From Malacoraja senta (taxonomy: Eukaryota), in contig CM075988.1 of assembly GCA_038087875.1 (NCBI GenBank), forward strand, positions 16,060,001 through 16,124,000: DNA of 64,000 nt, in the 5' to 3' direction. Of the stretch, positions 38,663-51,178 are shown piece by piece. How positions within the stretch are numbered: position 1 is the first letter of the stretch; each line of letters starts with the position of its first letter. Below the pieces are notes generated by a model that was not told the DNA's origin, did no database searches, and saw nothing but the letters and a program-made list of their open reading frames with translations. Both the position numbers and the translations under genes were made by a program.

Positions 38663-39741
38663 ACATAGAAACATAGAAATTAGGTGCAGGAGTAGGCCAT
38701 TCGGCCCTTCGAGCCTGCACCGCCATTCAATATGATCATGGCTGATCATCCAACTCAGTATCCCGTACCTGCCTTCTCTCCATCCCTTCTGATCCCTTTA
38801 GCCACAAGGGCCACATCTAACTCCCTCTTAAATATAGCCAATGAACTGGCCTCGACTACCCTCTGTGGCAGAGAGTTCCAGAGATTCACCACTCTCTGTG
38901 TGAAAAAAGTTCTTCTCATCTCGGTTTTAAAGGATTTCCCCCTTATCCTTAAGCTGTGACCCCTTGTCCTGGACTTCCCCAACATCGGGAGCAATCTTCC
39001 TGCATCTAGCCTGTCCAACCCCTTAAGAATTTTGTAAGTTTCTATAAGATCCCCTCTCAATCTCCTAAATTCTAGAGAGTATAAACCAAGTCTATCCAGT
39101 CTTTCTTCATAAGACAGTCCTGACATCCCAGGAATCAGTCTGGTGAACCTTCTCTGCACTCCCTCTATGGCAATAATGTCCTTCCTCAGATTTGGAGACC
39201 AAAACTGTACGCAATACTCCAGGTGTGGTCTCACCAAGACCCTGTACAACTGCAGTAGAACCTCCCTGCTCCTATACTCAAATCCTTTTGCTATGAAAGC
39301 TAAAATACCATTCGCTTTCTTCACTGCCTGCTGCACCTGCATGCCTACTTTCAATGACTGGTGTACCATGACACCCAGGTCTCGCTGCATCTCCCCTTTT
39401 CCTAGTCGGCCACCATTTAGAAAATAGTCTGCTTTCCTGTTTTTGCCACCAAAATGGATAACCTCACATTTATCCACATTATACTGCATCTGCCAAACAT
39501 TTGCCCACTCACCCAGCCTATCCAAGTCACCTTGCAGTCTCCTAGCATCCTCCTCACAGCTAACACTGCCCCCCAGCTTAGTGTCATCCGCAAACTTGGA
39601 GATATTGCCTTCAATTCCCTCATCCAGGTCATTAATATATATTGTAAATAGCTGGGGTCCCAGCACTGAGCCTTGCGGTACCCCACTAGTCACTGCCTGC
39701 CATTGTGAAAAGGACCCGTTTACTCCTGCTCTTTGCTTCAA
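38663..39741 (-). mobile_element. Young 5'-truncated CR1 LINE (open 328-aa RT C-terminal half) inserted into a Penelope pLTR repeat
   Basis: GVPQGSVLGP, FADDTKL, uninterrupted to stop; (TTTCTATG)n tail. Confidence 0.95.
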
Positions 39742-40339
39742 AATAAGAGTAACTCAGTAAGTCAGGCAGCATCACTGGAGCACATGAATCAGTGACGTTT
39801 TGGGTCAGGACTCTTCTTCAGACCTCCTTGGTAATTTTACATAAGCTACAGCCTAACTGTGGCTGGGCTCAAATCCATAGATTGAATCAAGAGTCCAGAG
39901 AGAGAGAGTCGAGAGTGTTTTTTTGTCATAGGTCCCAGACAGAACAATGAAATTCTTACTTGCAGCAGCACAACAGAATATGTAAACATATTACACTGTA
40001 AACCATATAATAAATGAGAACAAAAATGTTCAGAGTGTGTGTGTGTCCACACACACATATTGAAAGAATAATTCCCTAAACTGACTAATTAAACAACTAT
40101 ATGCATTCAAAGCAGGTGTATGATGCATCTTGATGAATTAAATATGATTAATCGTTTGGGCTGGATTTTAGCCCGTTAGTTTAACGTTAGATTGGATGTT
40201 GTAAAAGATTTATTCAACAGGAATTACAATGGTGACTAGAACTGGAAATGCATTACAGAGGTTTAGAATCCTAAGCAATGAAGGTTGATACATAAATGCA
40301 TTTGTCCTATATCTCTCTATAACATCGTCTATAGTTCTA

Positions 40340-40495
40340 ATTTCCCATTCCCCTGACTCTCAGTCTGAAGAAGGGTCTCGACCCGAAACGTCATCTATTC
40401 CTTTTCTCCAGAGATGCTGCCTGACCCGCTGAGTTACTCCAGCTGTTTGTGTCTATCTTCGGTTTAAACCAGCATCTGCAAATCCTTCCTACACA
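40340..40495 (+). mobile_element. Penelope pLTR copy with intact hammerhead-like core
   Basis: CTGAAGA-A-GGGTCTCGACCC-GAAACGTC at 40365-40392. Confidence 0.8.
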
Positions 40496-41314
40496 CGCAG
40501 CCCTTTAAGTGTTAGATATACTTTTTCAATGTTCTGGGCCTCCACCGGATGCTTTGCCTCGGTGAACCAGGAGAGGGAGCTCCAGGACAAAATATAGCTT
40601 CCTCATGTATCTTGTACAATGGAATCCTTTTTGGAGACAGGCTGCTGTTGACTCCAAAATATTCTGCAATTCTTGTCCAGGTATCTCTCTGGAGTTTGTG
40701 GTAAGATTAAAACTAAATCTGGAGACTGAAGATAACATATTTGGTGATGAAGAATAGTGATAATCCTCTCTGAGTAAATGGAGCACTGAAGAGGGTGATT
40801 TAAATAGCCACACTACTCTTTAATTTCACCTTAGCTGCCCCCCATCCTTTTCTTGCCAGCCTTGTACTAATCCTCTTTACCGCTTCAATGCACCTACTCT
40901 ACATGCTTCCTGGGGAAGTGACTATCATTCATTTGATAGAGATCTTATTCCTAAAGATACAGGAGATTGCAGATGCTGGGATTTTGTCCAATGTGAAAGT
41001 GATGCACTAGGTAATCTCGCAACACTGAAGAACCATCTGACTAACACATGAAATGCCAAATTTATAGCCCTGTGCTAATAAGTGGAATTAGGAAAGATTG
41101 CTACTGAATGGTTGACATAGGGATGGTATTATTCTCTGACCCTATTACTTTTTTATGTGAGTTCAGTTGTTGAGTTGCTCTGACCTCTTTACCTTAATAT
41201 TTAGTAATATCCCAAGTTCCAACTTTGAGTCAATCAACATCAAAAACAGCGGGATGAATGAAGAGCTCTTGGTTTTAACTTCTAACTATCTTGCATGACA
41301 TCCCAAATGGCATT

Positions 41315-41745
41315 CTTCGTCTGTCGTGTGTCTTTTAGACCTGCAGCTCCGTTGAGGCGAGCCAGGCCAACGTGTCATCGTCCAGGTCAATCGGACCTCG
41401 TTCACCATTCGGTGGCCGGTGTTTGGGGGAACTGGTGACTATGTGCTCCACTGTCTGTGTTGTGTCCCCACACTCGCAGGAGGCGCTGTCCACGAGGCCC
41501 CACCTCTTCATCGCTACTCCATAGCGTCCGATGCCTGTCCTCAAGCGGTTGAGGGTTGTCCACTACTTTCGGGGCAGGTCCTGGCCAGGGACATCCATGG
41601 GGTCATTGATGTAATGGTGTAGCCTAGATGGTTCCGCTGACTTCCACTGGTCTCTCCATCTCGTCTTGACCCAGGCGGCCTTGGAAGCATCAGCTGGTGT
41701 TGTGCAGAGCAGCTCTTGGGCTTGCGTGGCAAAGGGGCGCCTTAA
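41315..41745 (-). mobile_element. Non-LTR retrotransposon 3' fragment (RTE-X-like)
   Basis: LNRLRTGIGRYG..MKRWGL.DSASCECG...QTVEHIV C-terminal zinc-knuckle motif. Confidence 0.7.
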
Positions 41746-42269
41746 TAAATGGCATTAATTTCTGGGAATGAAATTTGCCATTTTCACTGGAATTTCGTTG
41801 GAATAATGATCAGGCACGTGCGATGACAGATGAACAGTTACCTCTAGCCATTCCCAGCCAAGCAGTGATGACTAATGTCTTTAAGCTGTATTCCAAGTTA
41901 GTCACGGATTTATCTTTGCAGAAATATAAAAATGCAGAATTGCATTTTCCACACCTTTCACAGAATATCCCGTAGCAATTCAAATCCCAGTGAGGTTTAG
42001 CCAATGCGTTAATATACAGAACACAGCAGCCAGCTCCAACAATCAGTATTCAACAGTACACTGTCAAGCCTGAGTTGTTGGGCATGATTGTAAACCTATT
42101 GTCTTCAGACACAGAAACATGGATTAGGTGCAAACAGGTAAGAGTTGGTCTTGGCATCATGTTCAGTGCAGACATTGTGGACTGAAGGGCCTGCTCTTCT
42201 CTAATACTATTCTACAAATGTCCTAAACATTTGGCATGAACCATGTACTTGTACCACTATACAGGTGAG

Positions 42270-42432
42270 GAATATAGAAATATAGAAAATAGGTGCAGGG
42301 GAAGGCCATTCGGCCCTTCGAGCCAGCACCGCCATTCATTGTGATCATGGCTGATTGTCCCCAATCAATAACCCGTGCCTGCCTTCTCCCCATATCCCTT
42401 GATTCCACTAGCCCCATGAGCTCTATCTAACT
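42270..42432 (-). mobile_element. CR1 3' end
   Basis: conserved CR1 3'UTR and TTTCTAT tail. Confidence 0.8.
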
Positions 42433-44124
42433 GGATGCAGTTATTATATTACTGCATTAGAGCCTAGGTCGTGGCCACTGAAGAACTTTGAATCCGTGAG
42501 TCCATAGCCACCAATACGCAAAGATAAAATTGTTCTTTAATAGTTTTGAATTTTAGGAATTCTGTTGTTCTTATCAATACGTGGCTAAATCCATTGACAC
42601 GTGCAATCAATCTGAAGTGGCCTAACAAGTCGCTCAAATGCTCTCAACCTGCACAAAGAAGGAACTATTTACAGGCACTGTAAATATTGTCCTACCCAGG
42701 TATGTCCATGCTGTATAAATGCTTTCATTGGAGGACATTCTAGTGTTTATTCTGTCTTTAGCCACAAGATGGAGACAAAGGACACGTTTGCCTTTCAATG
42801 AGATGCAGAAAACACCTTTTGAGAAGTGATGATTCACAGACTCTGAGAATGAAAGGTGCAATCACCGGGATTAGCAGGGAGCCAAGCACCTTCATGCCTT
42901 CTAAAATGCAGCATAAATCAGTTTAAGTCTTCAACTTTTTCCAGGTTCAAGTCAGGTCAGTGGAGAGATTTATCTATCTTGTTACAGCAGCAAGCTGCCA
43001 GGTGCCTTCAGCATTTTCTGTTTTATTGCTGTATAAAACCAGGGAGTGGGAAGCAGAAGCTCAAATAGAACTGAGCGACCTGTTTCGCAGGAGTGATAGA
43101 GATCTTGTGGTCAACGGTCTCTGCTTCAGCAGAATTTGGTGACAGGTGTGTAGAAACTCAAAGGTTTCCAGAATGCATTGTGCTCTTTGACCCACATTGG
43201 CTCCTGGTTAAATAACATTGTTGTATATCAGAGCTGCCAACTCTCACGCATTGAGCGTGAGACTCACGCATTTCACCCAATTCTCACGCTCTCACGCTCT
43301 CACGCTGATCACAGATTTTCTCACACTCTGTCGTGAGAAATTCTATGATCAACGAGAATTTCAAAACTAATATCAACTGCTTGTGTGCGAGTCTTTTGAC
43401 AAGACAGTGGCATTCTTATTCTCTGTTATTCTCACTTGACCGAACCACCACACATCTCCAAACCATGTCCCCAAGCAAATTTACATTGAAAGGCATGGAA
43501 CGGGCAGTGAATGAGTGTCACCCAGCGCAGCAAGTAAGGCCATGACCTGCTCCCGGCGGCAGTCGGAATTTAAGGATTTGCGGGAAGCGGCTGACATGAG
43601 CGAGGCCGGCGAGCGGCAGGAGAGAAGTACATGGGCCATGGAACTGGGGGGGGGGGGGGGGGGCTGCTGCTAGACATGTTTTAATATCTCCGGCTTTGAA
43701 CGAGGCGCTGCTGTGCTCTGAGCAACCTGGTCGTGGGTGTTGGAGAGCCTGGGCGGAGGGAGGGATGGAAGCAGAAGCAGCGGCGGGGGCAGATGCGGAT
43801 GGGGAGCCAGGGCTGGCGAGTATTTGTCGGGCTGGCGAGTTGCTCGCTGCAGCTCCGGCCATGGAGCAGCCTCAGTGCAAGAGTCCCGGGCCGTCGGAGG
43901 CGTCGGAAGCGTTGCACCGCGGTCATGAGAGTCTCTGTGCCGAATTCACACTGGTGACCGCATGGATCAGGCTGCGGCTCGGTGCATCCTGGAGGACAAC
44001 CAGTGGCTGCTGGAAGTAGGTACCAAGCACTGGGTAGAAGCAGTGGAAGATAGCTGGCCTTCAAATGGGAGTGGTTGGAGAAAACATCCTGCTTGGCTGC
44101 TAGATTTTCACTTACTGTAACTGC

Positions 44125-44460
44125 AGGAAAAATGTTCCCGATGTTGGGGGAGTTCAGAACCAGGGATCACAGTTTAAGAATAAGGGCCATTTAGGACTGA
44201 GATGAGGACAAACATTCTTCACCCAGAGAGTTGGGAATCTGTGGAATTCTCTGCCACAGAAGGCAGTGGAGGCCAATTCACTGGATGTTTTCAAGAGAGA
44301 GTTACATTTTGATCTTAGGGCTAGCAAAATCAAGGGATATGGGGAAAAAACAGGAAAGAGCTACTGATTTTAGATGAACAGCCGTGATCATATTGAATGG
44401 CAGTGCTGGCTCGAAGGGTCGAATGGCCTATTCCTGCACCTATTTTCTATGTTTCTATGC
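44125..44460 (+). mobile_element. CR1 3' fragment nested in the hAT element
   Basis: CR1 C-terminal sequence and TTTCTATG tail. Confidence 0.85.
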
Positions 44461-46254
44461 TTGAGTATATGGCAATAAAACTCAACCACTTGATTTTGAA
44501 GCATTCATGCATGGTGGAGGTATAATGTCGTCATAGAGTGATACAGTGTGAAAACAGGCCCTTCGGTGCAACATGCCCACACCCGCCAACATGTCCCAGC
44601 TACGCTACCTGCTTTTGGTCCATATCCCTCCAAACCTGTCCTATCCATGTATCAGTCTAACTGTTTCTTAAATGTTGAGATAGTCCCTGCCTCAACTACC
44701 TCCTCTGGCAGCTTGTTCCATACATCCACCACCCTTTGTGTGGAAAAAGTTACCCCTTAAAAAGTTACCTCTTAAAAAATACTTTAAACAAAAAACATTG
44801 AAATCATACTTCTACAATGCACTAAAACATGATTTTAATACATCAAATTTAAACCCCTCCCCCCCCTCCCACACCCTCTCCCCACTCGGTCATTCCACTG
44901 CCTCACCGGGTACCCCCAAGGCCAGTGATCAGTGATCGCTCAGCCCCCCCACTTTCAAAAACGCTCCGCGGCCCCTGGTTCAGACGGAGAGCACTGCCAG
45001 ATGTGAGCGGGGAACTGAGGCCATTTGTCCATGATGTCTGGATCCCAATGCTCAGCGCTTCGTGTTTCGGAGTTGGCTAATGTTATTGATTTGTAATTAG
45101 CCTGATTTGTAATTAGTTGACAAAACCTTAATTTGTTAATCCGGAATATCCAGGGGGGTGGGATAAGTGTAATAGTAAAATGACATGCAAGGTGTCAGGC
45201 TGTCTGTCACAACATACAGCCCCGATAACCCATTATTTCCTTCAGTTAAATATTGGGAAGGTAGCTCTATTGTCATTTGCCACTCAACTATTATGTTTGT
45301 TTACATCACTGACTATTTCTAAACCCCCCCCCCCACATTCCTTTGACAGGTTGAGTAGAAATGTCCCCAATCTCGTTGTTTTATTAATTGAACACGTAGA
45401 TGAACATCCTCAAGGAGTGTAATCAGATGGAAACTGATTCAGATGCGAAGTTTAAGAGCTTGTTCAAAGAAGGGACATATTTTAAAGGAGTGACAGAGAT
45501 ACTTGCAGGGGAATGTGTGAGGTTATTAGTTTTAGCTTGAACCAGGACATCTGAAGATTCAAAGTTTAATATAGTAATTGTGCTGATACTGACTCCAACC
45601 AACCACGTAATGAATGTCATCCATTCCGGAGGTTTTATTTTTCTGATGCCATTTAAACTTCACTTGGATTTCAATCACTTCAATGTAAAAGTAATTGGGA
45701 ATGGGGAGCATTGGAACAATAATTTGCCCTCGGTACATGTTAACTGTAATATAATAATGTAAGCATGTTGGTAGGTTCAGTCAAAACAAAGATCTTTTTT
45801 ATCATTGTTGTGTTATGAATACCACAGAAAATATTATGTACTCTCAAGATCACATTAAATAGAATATTAGTGCTTAAATATATATTGTTATTGGACTTTG
45901 CATTTTGGAAAAGTCCCAGCTGAGAGGAAGACAACAAAATATTAAAAATATTGGGGGTGAAAATAACTTCAGGATAGTTTGTTAGGAAAATGAAGGAAAT
46001 GGTAACAGAATACTTACACAGCTGAGTGAGTATAATGTTATGGATGAGAAGTTGTGTTCAACCAATTGATAACTTCTTTGACAAAGTAACTAGCATGTTA
46101 GATAACAAGGAAGCCAATGAATGTAGCAAATTTTGTTATACAAAATTTGGTCCATGAATTGCCCCATAAAAGATTACCGCATTAGACTTGAACGTAATAG
46201 GTTAAGTCCAGGGGGTCAGATATGGGGCTTTATGTGTGGGCCAGATATATTGTC

Positions 46255-46520
46255 AGTGCAGAGGGGTTAGGAGCAAGGCCAAGTGTGCATCCAGAGTCAA
46301 TGTCTGGAATAGTACTAGGTGTGCAGTCAAAGCTGGGACAATGGGAGTGTTCAGCACTGGGAACCTAAGCAGGTAAGCAGCTATGATCAGGGTAGAATAG
46401 GGGGCCAGGTGTAAGGCTGGACTCAGGGTCAGGAATGAGAGAAGGTATGCAGCTGGAGTCAGGGTCACGAGTAGTACCAGGTGTGCAGTGAGACCCAGGT
46501 TGGTCAACATTGGCCAAGTG
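46255..46520. repeat. Degenerate minisatellite with ~35-36 bp period
   Basis: recurring CCAGGTGTGCAG-like core at about 46278, 46314, 46370, 46404, 46441 and 46475. Confidence 0.55.
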
Positions 46521-48709
46521 CTTGATTATAATCTGATTTCCATACATGAATACACTGAGATCGTTCATGTGCTGCACGTGTTGATCAGAGCCTGGCTCTA
46601 CTGTGGAATGGAATTCAGAATGTAATTTAGCCTAACCTTATTCATAGCTAATCCAATTTCAATCATAAATATTGCATTCAAGTGGAAGTTAAAAGAGTTG
46701 CTACAGTATGCACCAGATTGCACAATTTCAAGCTGAAAAATGCTAAAGCTCTGTTCCATGGGAGGGGAGCACCCCCCCCCCCCTCCCACACCATCCCCCC
46801 CTCCCCCCTCGGTCGCTACGCTCCCTCAGGCTTGATCTCTCGCAATTTCTCACTCCCAACTCTCACCCAATGTTGGCAGCCCTGTTGTATATGCTCATTT
46901 TGGTATATGTGGAAGAAATGAGCTGTCCTTCCATTTTGTCTTTCACCATGGGTAGCACTTCACTCTGTGGGAATCAAACTTTACTCCAGTGAATGTGCCC
47001 TTCAGAGCTAGGCTAAACAGGACTGGTGTAGGTGTGGCCCATAGAGTTAAGAAAACAAGTTCGCTAAACACAAAGAAGAGCTTGTGAACTCAAGTCTACA
47101 CTGAGACGTCCTAATCTTCCTGCATAGATAAGGAAGCCTGTTTTTCAGTGGAAAGTTACTGAATGCGGGATCACAATAGTTAACTGTGTAAACACAAGAG
47201 CAATAGTTGGGTAGACCCACCCACGCCCCCTGCTGTTAGTAGCGCAGAAACGTTGCAGTAACTGGGGGCTTATGATTGGCTCGGAGAGGGGGCAGTGGCA
47301 TGGTCTGCTTGAAAGATGAGACAGAATAATGTCCAGATGCCCTTGTATTATGTTTGACTTGTGTTAATCATCTGTTGTTGAATAAGATTAACATAAACAA
47401 AAAGTATATTATGATTAATGAAATAATTAATACCCATATAGTAGATGGTAATAACATGAAAACATATAGCCAAGGACAAAGTATGTTTTTGTATAATTGT
47501 GTCCAACAAACAAACGTTGTTTACTGCACAGTATAACTGTCGGCTAATTCTGCTGCAGAGTCAGAGAACCAGTTAACTGCTGCCATCTCTCCATGATATT
47601 GTGCAATAAAGTCTCCAGATGCAAACCTCGAAGTCTCCGTTTTTTCCTTTGATTTCCCTCTTTACATAACCGTGGGACGTAGGAGGCCATTCAGCCCATC
47701 AGTTTTATGCTACCTTTCAGTGCAATCCCCTTCCTCCATTCATTTCCCAGTCAAGGGATCTTCCATTTACACATCAACTCACGTGCAGGCAGATGAGATT
47801 TGTTTATCTTGGCATCAAGTTCAGCTCTAAAATTGCGGCCGAAGGGTGTGCTGTGCTGTACTTTTCTATGCTCGATGATGTATGTGACTCCGTGCTGAAT
47901 CTCCTACCACTCACCCACACAAGAGATAATTTACAGCAGCTGATGAACCTACTAGCTAACACATCTTGGTGGGAGGAAACCAGGGGTTTGGGGAATACCC
48001 ACGTGGTAGCAACAGAGGCTTGTGGAATTCCCTAGGTAGTTGAGGCTGGGACTATCCCAACGTTTAAGAAACAGTTAGACAGATACATGGATAAGACAAG
48101 TTTGTGGGAATGTGAACCAAACACAGGCAGGTGGGATTAGTGTAGCTGAGACACGTTGGCTGGTGTGGGCAAGTTGGGCCGAAGGGCCTGTATCTACACT
48201 TTATCACACTATGACTCTATGACGGTCACAGAGAACAAATGCAAACTCTACAAATACAGCAGCTGAGGTCAGGATTGAACATGTCGCTGAAGCTGAGGCA
48301 GGAACATTAACAGCTACGCCACCGCAACAGCTAATATTATATTCTCATCCTTGTTTATGCATCCCACCATGGCCACATCTTCACAGTCCATATATCAATA
48401 TCACCTCTATGAAAGCTGCCTTCAGCTCTGACCTTGTGAATTAAATGGCTTTGCCAGATAGTGTGCAGTCAGAACATTGTGAGCAATTCTGGACATGTCA
48501 TTATCGAGGGATTATGAAAGTAAGTTGGAAGTAGATGACGTTTCTGTTCACGCCTCTGTTCATCTAATGCAAGACAACCTTTACACAAGGTTTCCTGGAA
48601 GAGAACAATATTTAATTTTGGAAAGAAAAATATCAACAAAGTTCTCTTCTGAGCAAACAAAGGTGGGATAGATAAGGTAAGATAAGAATTGCATTCTTTT
48701 TTTAACCCC

Positions 48710-49090
48710 TTCATTCGAGCGCAGGAGGATGAGAGGTGATCTTATAATGGTGTATAAGACCATGAGGAGAATAGATAGGGTAAATGACTTTTACCCAGAG
48801 TGGGGGAATCAAGCACCAGAGGACATAGGTTTGAGGTGAGCGGAGAAAGATTTAATAGGGACCTGAGAGGCAACTTTTTCACGTAGGTGTATGGAATGAG
48901 CTGTCAGAGGAGGTTGTTGAGGTAGGTGCTATAAAAACATTTAACAGACATTTGGACAGGAACATGGATAGGTAAAAGTTAGAGTGATATGGGCCAAATG
49001 TGGGCAGCTGCGACTAATGTAGATGGGGCATCTTGGTCAGCATGGGCAAGTTGGGCCAAAGAGCTTGTTTCCATGCTATACGACTCTATG
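48710..49090 (+). mobile_element. CR1 3' fragment
   Basis: RRMRGDLIMVYK...ESSTRGHRF; ACTCTATG tail. Confidence 0.75.
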
Positions 49091-49169
49091 CCTCTCTCAC
49101 TGTTAAGCCAAGTTGCGTGCCACGTATGCCTGAATGCTTGGTGTTCTATGCTGATGGACCACATGTGTT

Positions 49170-49825
49170 TGATCAGCAGCTTCAAATGACCTGTGCTGGT
49201 CCCAGAACATAGACATAATCACGAAGAAGGCACAAAGGCGACACTTCTTTCTTAAGGCTTTCAGGAGATTCGGCATGTCACCGAACACTCTAACAAACTT
49301 CCAAGGCGCACTTTTGTGTATCTGACTGGCTGCAGATATGTATGGCAAGTCTAACACACAGAAACATAAGATGCTGCAAGGAATTCTAGACTCAGCCTAG
49401 TCCATTACGGGCACAGATCTCCCCTCCATTGAGAGCGTCTGCATACAGGATGATAGATGCCCTCTTCTCCAGCTCGTGCCTGATGTTAGCAGTGCGAAGC
49501 CTGAAGTCTCACACCACCAGGTTCAGGATAGCTACTTTCCTGCAACCATCAGATTCATGAATCTCCCTGCACAAATCTAATCCTACTTTGGCCATGTAAC
49601 ACCTCAGACCAACTCTTACGGTTCTAATTGTCTTTTACACTAATGTCTTGTTTATGCCCAGTCTTTTTCTTTTCATAGTTTTCTTTGTATAATTTATGTT
49701 TTATCTATGTATAATATATATTTATTGAGTGTTGTCTGAATCTATATATCTGTGCTGTTGCTGCAAGCAAGATTTTGATTGTACCTGTATCTCACTGTAC
49801 TTGCGTGTATGCCATTAAACCTGGC
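49170..49825 (+). mobile_element. Degenerate Rex1/Babar-like fragment
   Basis: ITKKAQRRHFFLKAFRRFGMS...RFR.SYFPATIR. Confidence 0.65.
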
Positions 49826-50950
49826 ACCTTCTATAAGAACACATTTCCACAATCTCACACCATTTTCCACCAATATCCAGCTCCTTCAGTCACACCTGGT
49901 ATTTCTTAGAATTTAACTTTTGACATTTATACATTCTCAATTTGCGTCACACAGCTCTGAACAGGAACGGTTTGAACCTGCCCTGACCCACCCATCTTTC
50001 TGGAGTGTACGCTTTAGTCCCCTTTGCTTCTCTGGTTTAAATCACCCCAACATCACTTTTGCATCGCAAGATGTCTCTCTTGCAAAATCTTAATAAATAA
50101 AGCACCTGTTGGCATTTAGTCCCTCTTTTATTCTTCATATTTACTGCTATTAATGACCATTAATTATGCTTTCTTCCCTTTTCCCAAATCTTCCATTTGG
50201 TTCATTGTGACCCCTGTTTTGAAGGATACCAAATCATAGATTCTGCAAGTTCCTGATTTCCCCTTTTAGTTTCTGCAGTTGCTGGGACACACTTTTAAAC
50301 TCATAATTTAGAATATTCCAGATGTTGATCACCTTACACTCACGTCTCATTTTGTGTAAACTTTTAAACATTAGCTCAGTTTCTCTCTATGTCCAACCTG
50401 CCCAGTATTTCCGGCATATTCTGCATTTTAAATTCCACATTCATATCGTTGCCAGAATTTTATTTTTCCTTCAATGATGTTTACTGAACCAAATGTATTT
50501 CATTTATCTTGGGAAGATTACTTTGTGTTATCAGATGTAGTGCCTTCAATTGTAACTTTTTCCATTTGACTCCCATTTTGCCTTTGTTATTTTTTCTCTG
50601 TGATCATTGTTATACATTCTCTCCTTTAGTGGCACAGCCTCCTTGCTTTCAGCTTTCATATTCAACATCCCTCTTCAAACTTATAACTTTATCTTTAACT
50701 TTATCTTTACCTTTTCTTTCGTTGCCTTTTTTTTTGATGCCTTGAAACAGTTTAGCACCTTGGCTGACTGCAACATTGTCTTAATCAATTCAAAACTATG
50801 ATAAATAATTCTCATGCAATCTGCAGTTAGTGACAATCCTATCGCACTGACATCTCCACATGACCTTATAAATATTTTTCCAAGAATAGTGCAATCAACA
50901 TTGTTGTATGCCTTGTCAAGTCAGAACAGATTAAGAGATAATCTGCGGTA

Positions 50951-51178
50951 CACAAAAATGCTGGAGAAACTCAGCGGGTGCAGCAGCATCTATGGAGCGA
51001 AGGAAATAGGCAACGTTTCGGGCCGAAACCCTTCTTCAGACTGATAGGGGGTGGGGAGAAGAAAGGAAAAAAGGTGGAGGAGGAGCCCGAGGGCTGGGGG
51101 ATGGGAGGAGACAACCAGAGGGCTGATGAAGGGGAGGAGACAGCAAGGGCTAGCAAAATTGGGAGAATTCAATGTTCA
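50951..51178 (-). mobile_element. Penelope-derived element with hammerhead-like core
   Basis: 15-bp TSD AGATAATCTGCGGTA at 50936-50950 and 51179-51193. Confidence 0.82.

Larger units (their letters stand above)
43229..46884. mobile_element. Large non-autonomous hAT-type DNA transposon (3656 bp) with nested repeats
   Basis: TIR CAG(A/G)GCTGCCAAC; perfect 8-bp TSD TTGTATAT at 43221-43228 and 46885-46892; subterminal CTCAC repeats; no transposase ORF. Confidence 0.85.

Noticed and set aside
46253..46510. Hydrophobic repetitive 85-aa ORF
   Set aside because: Translation of a degenerate minisatellite inside a transposon
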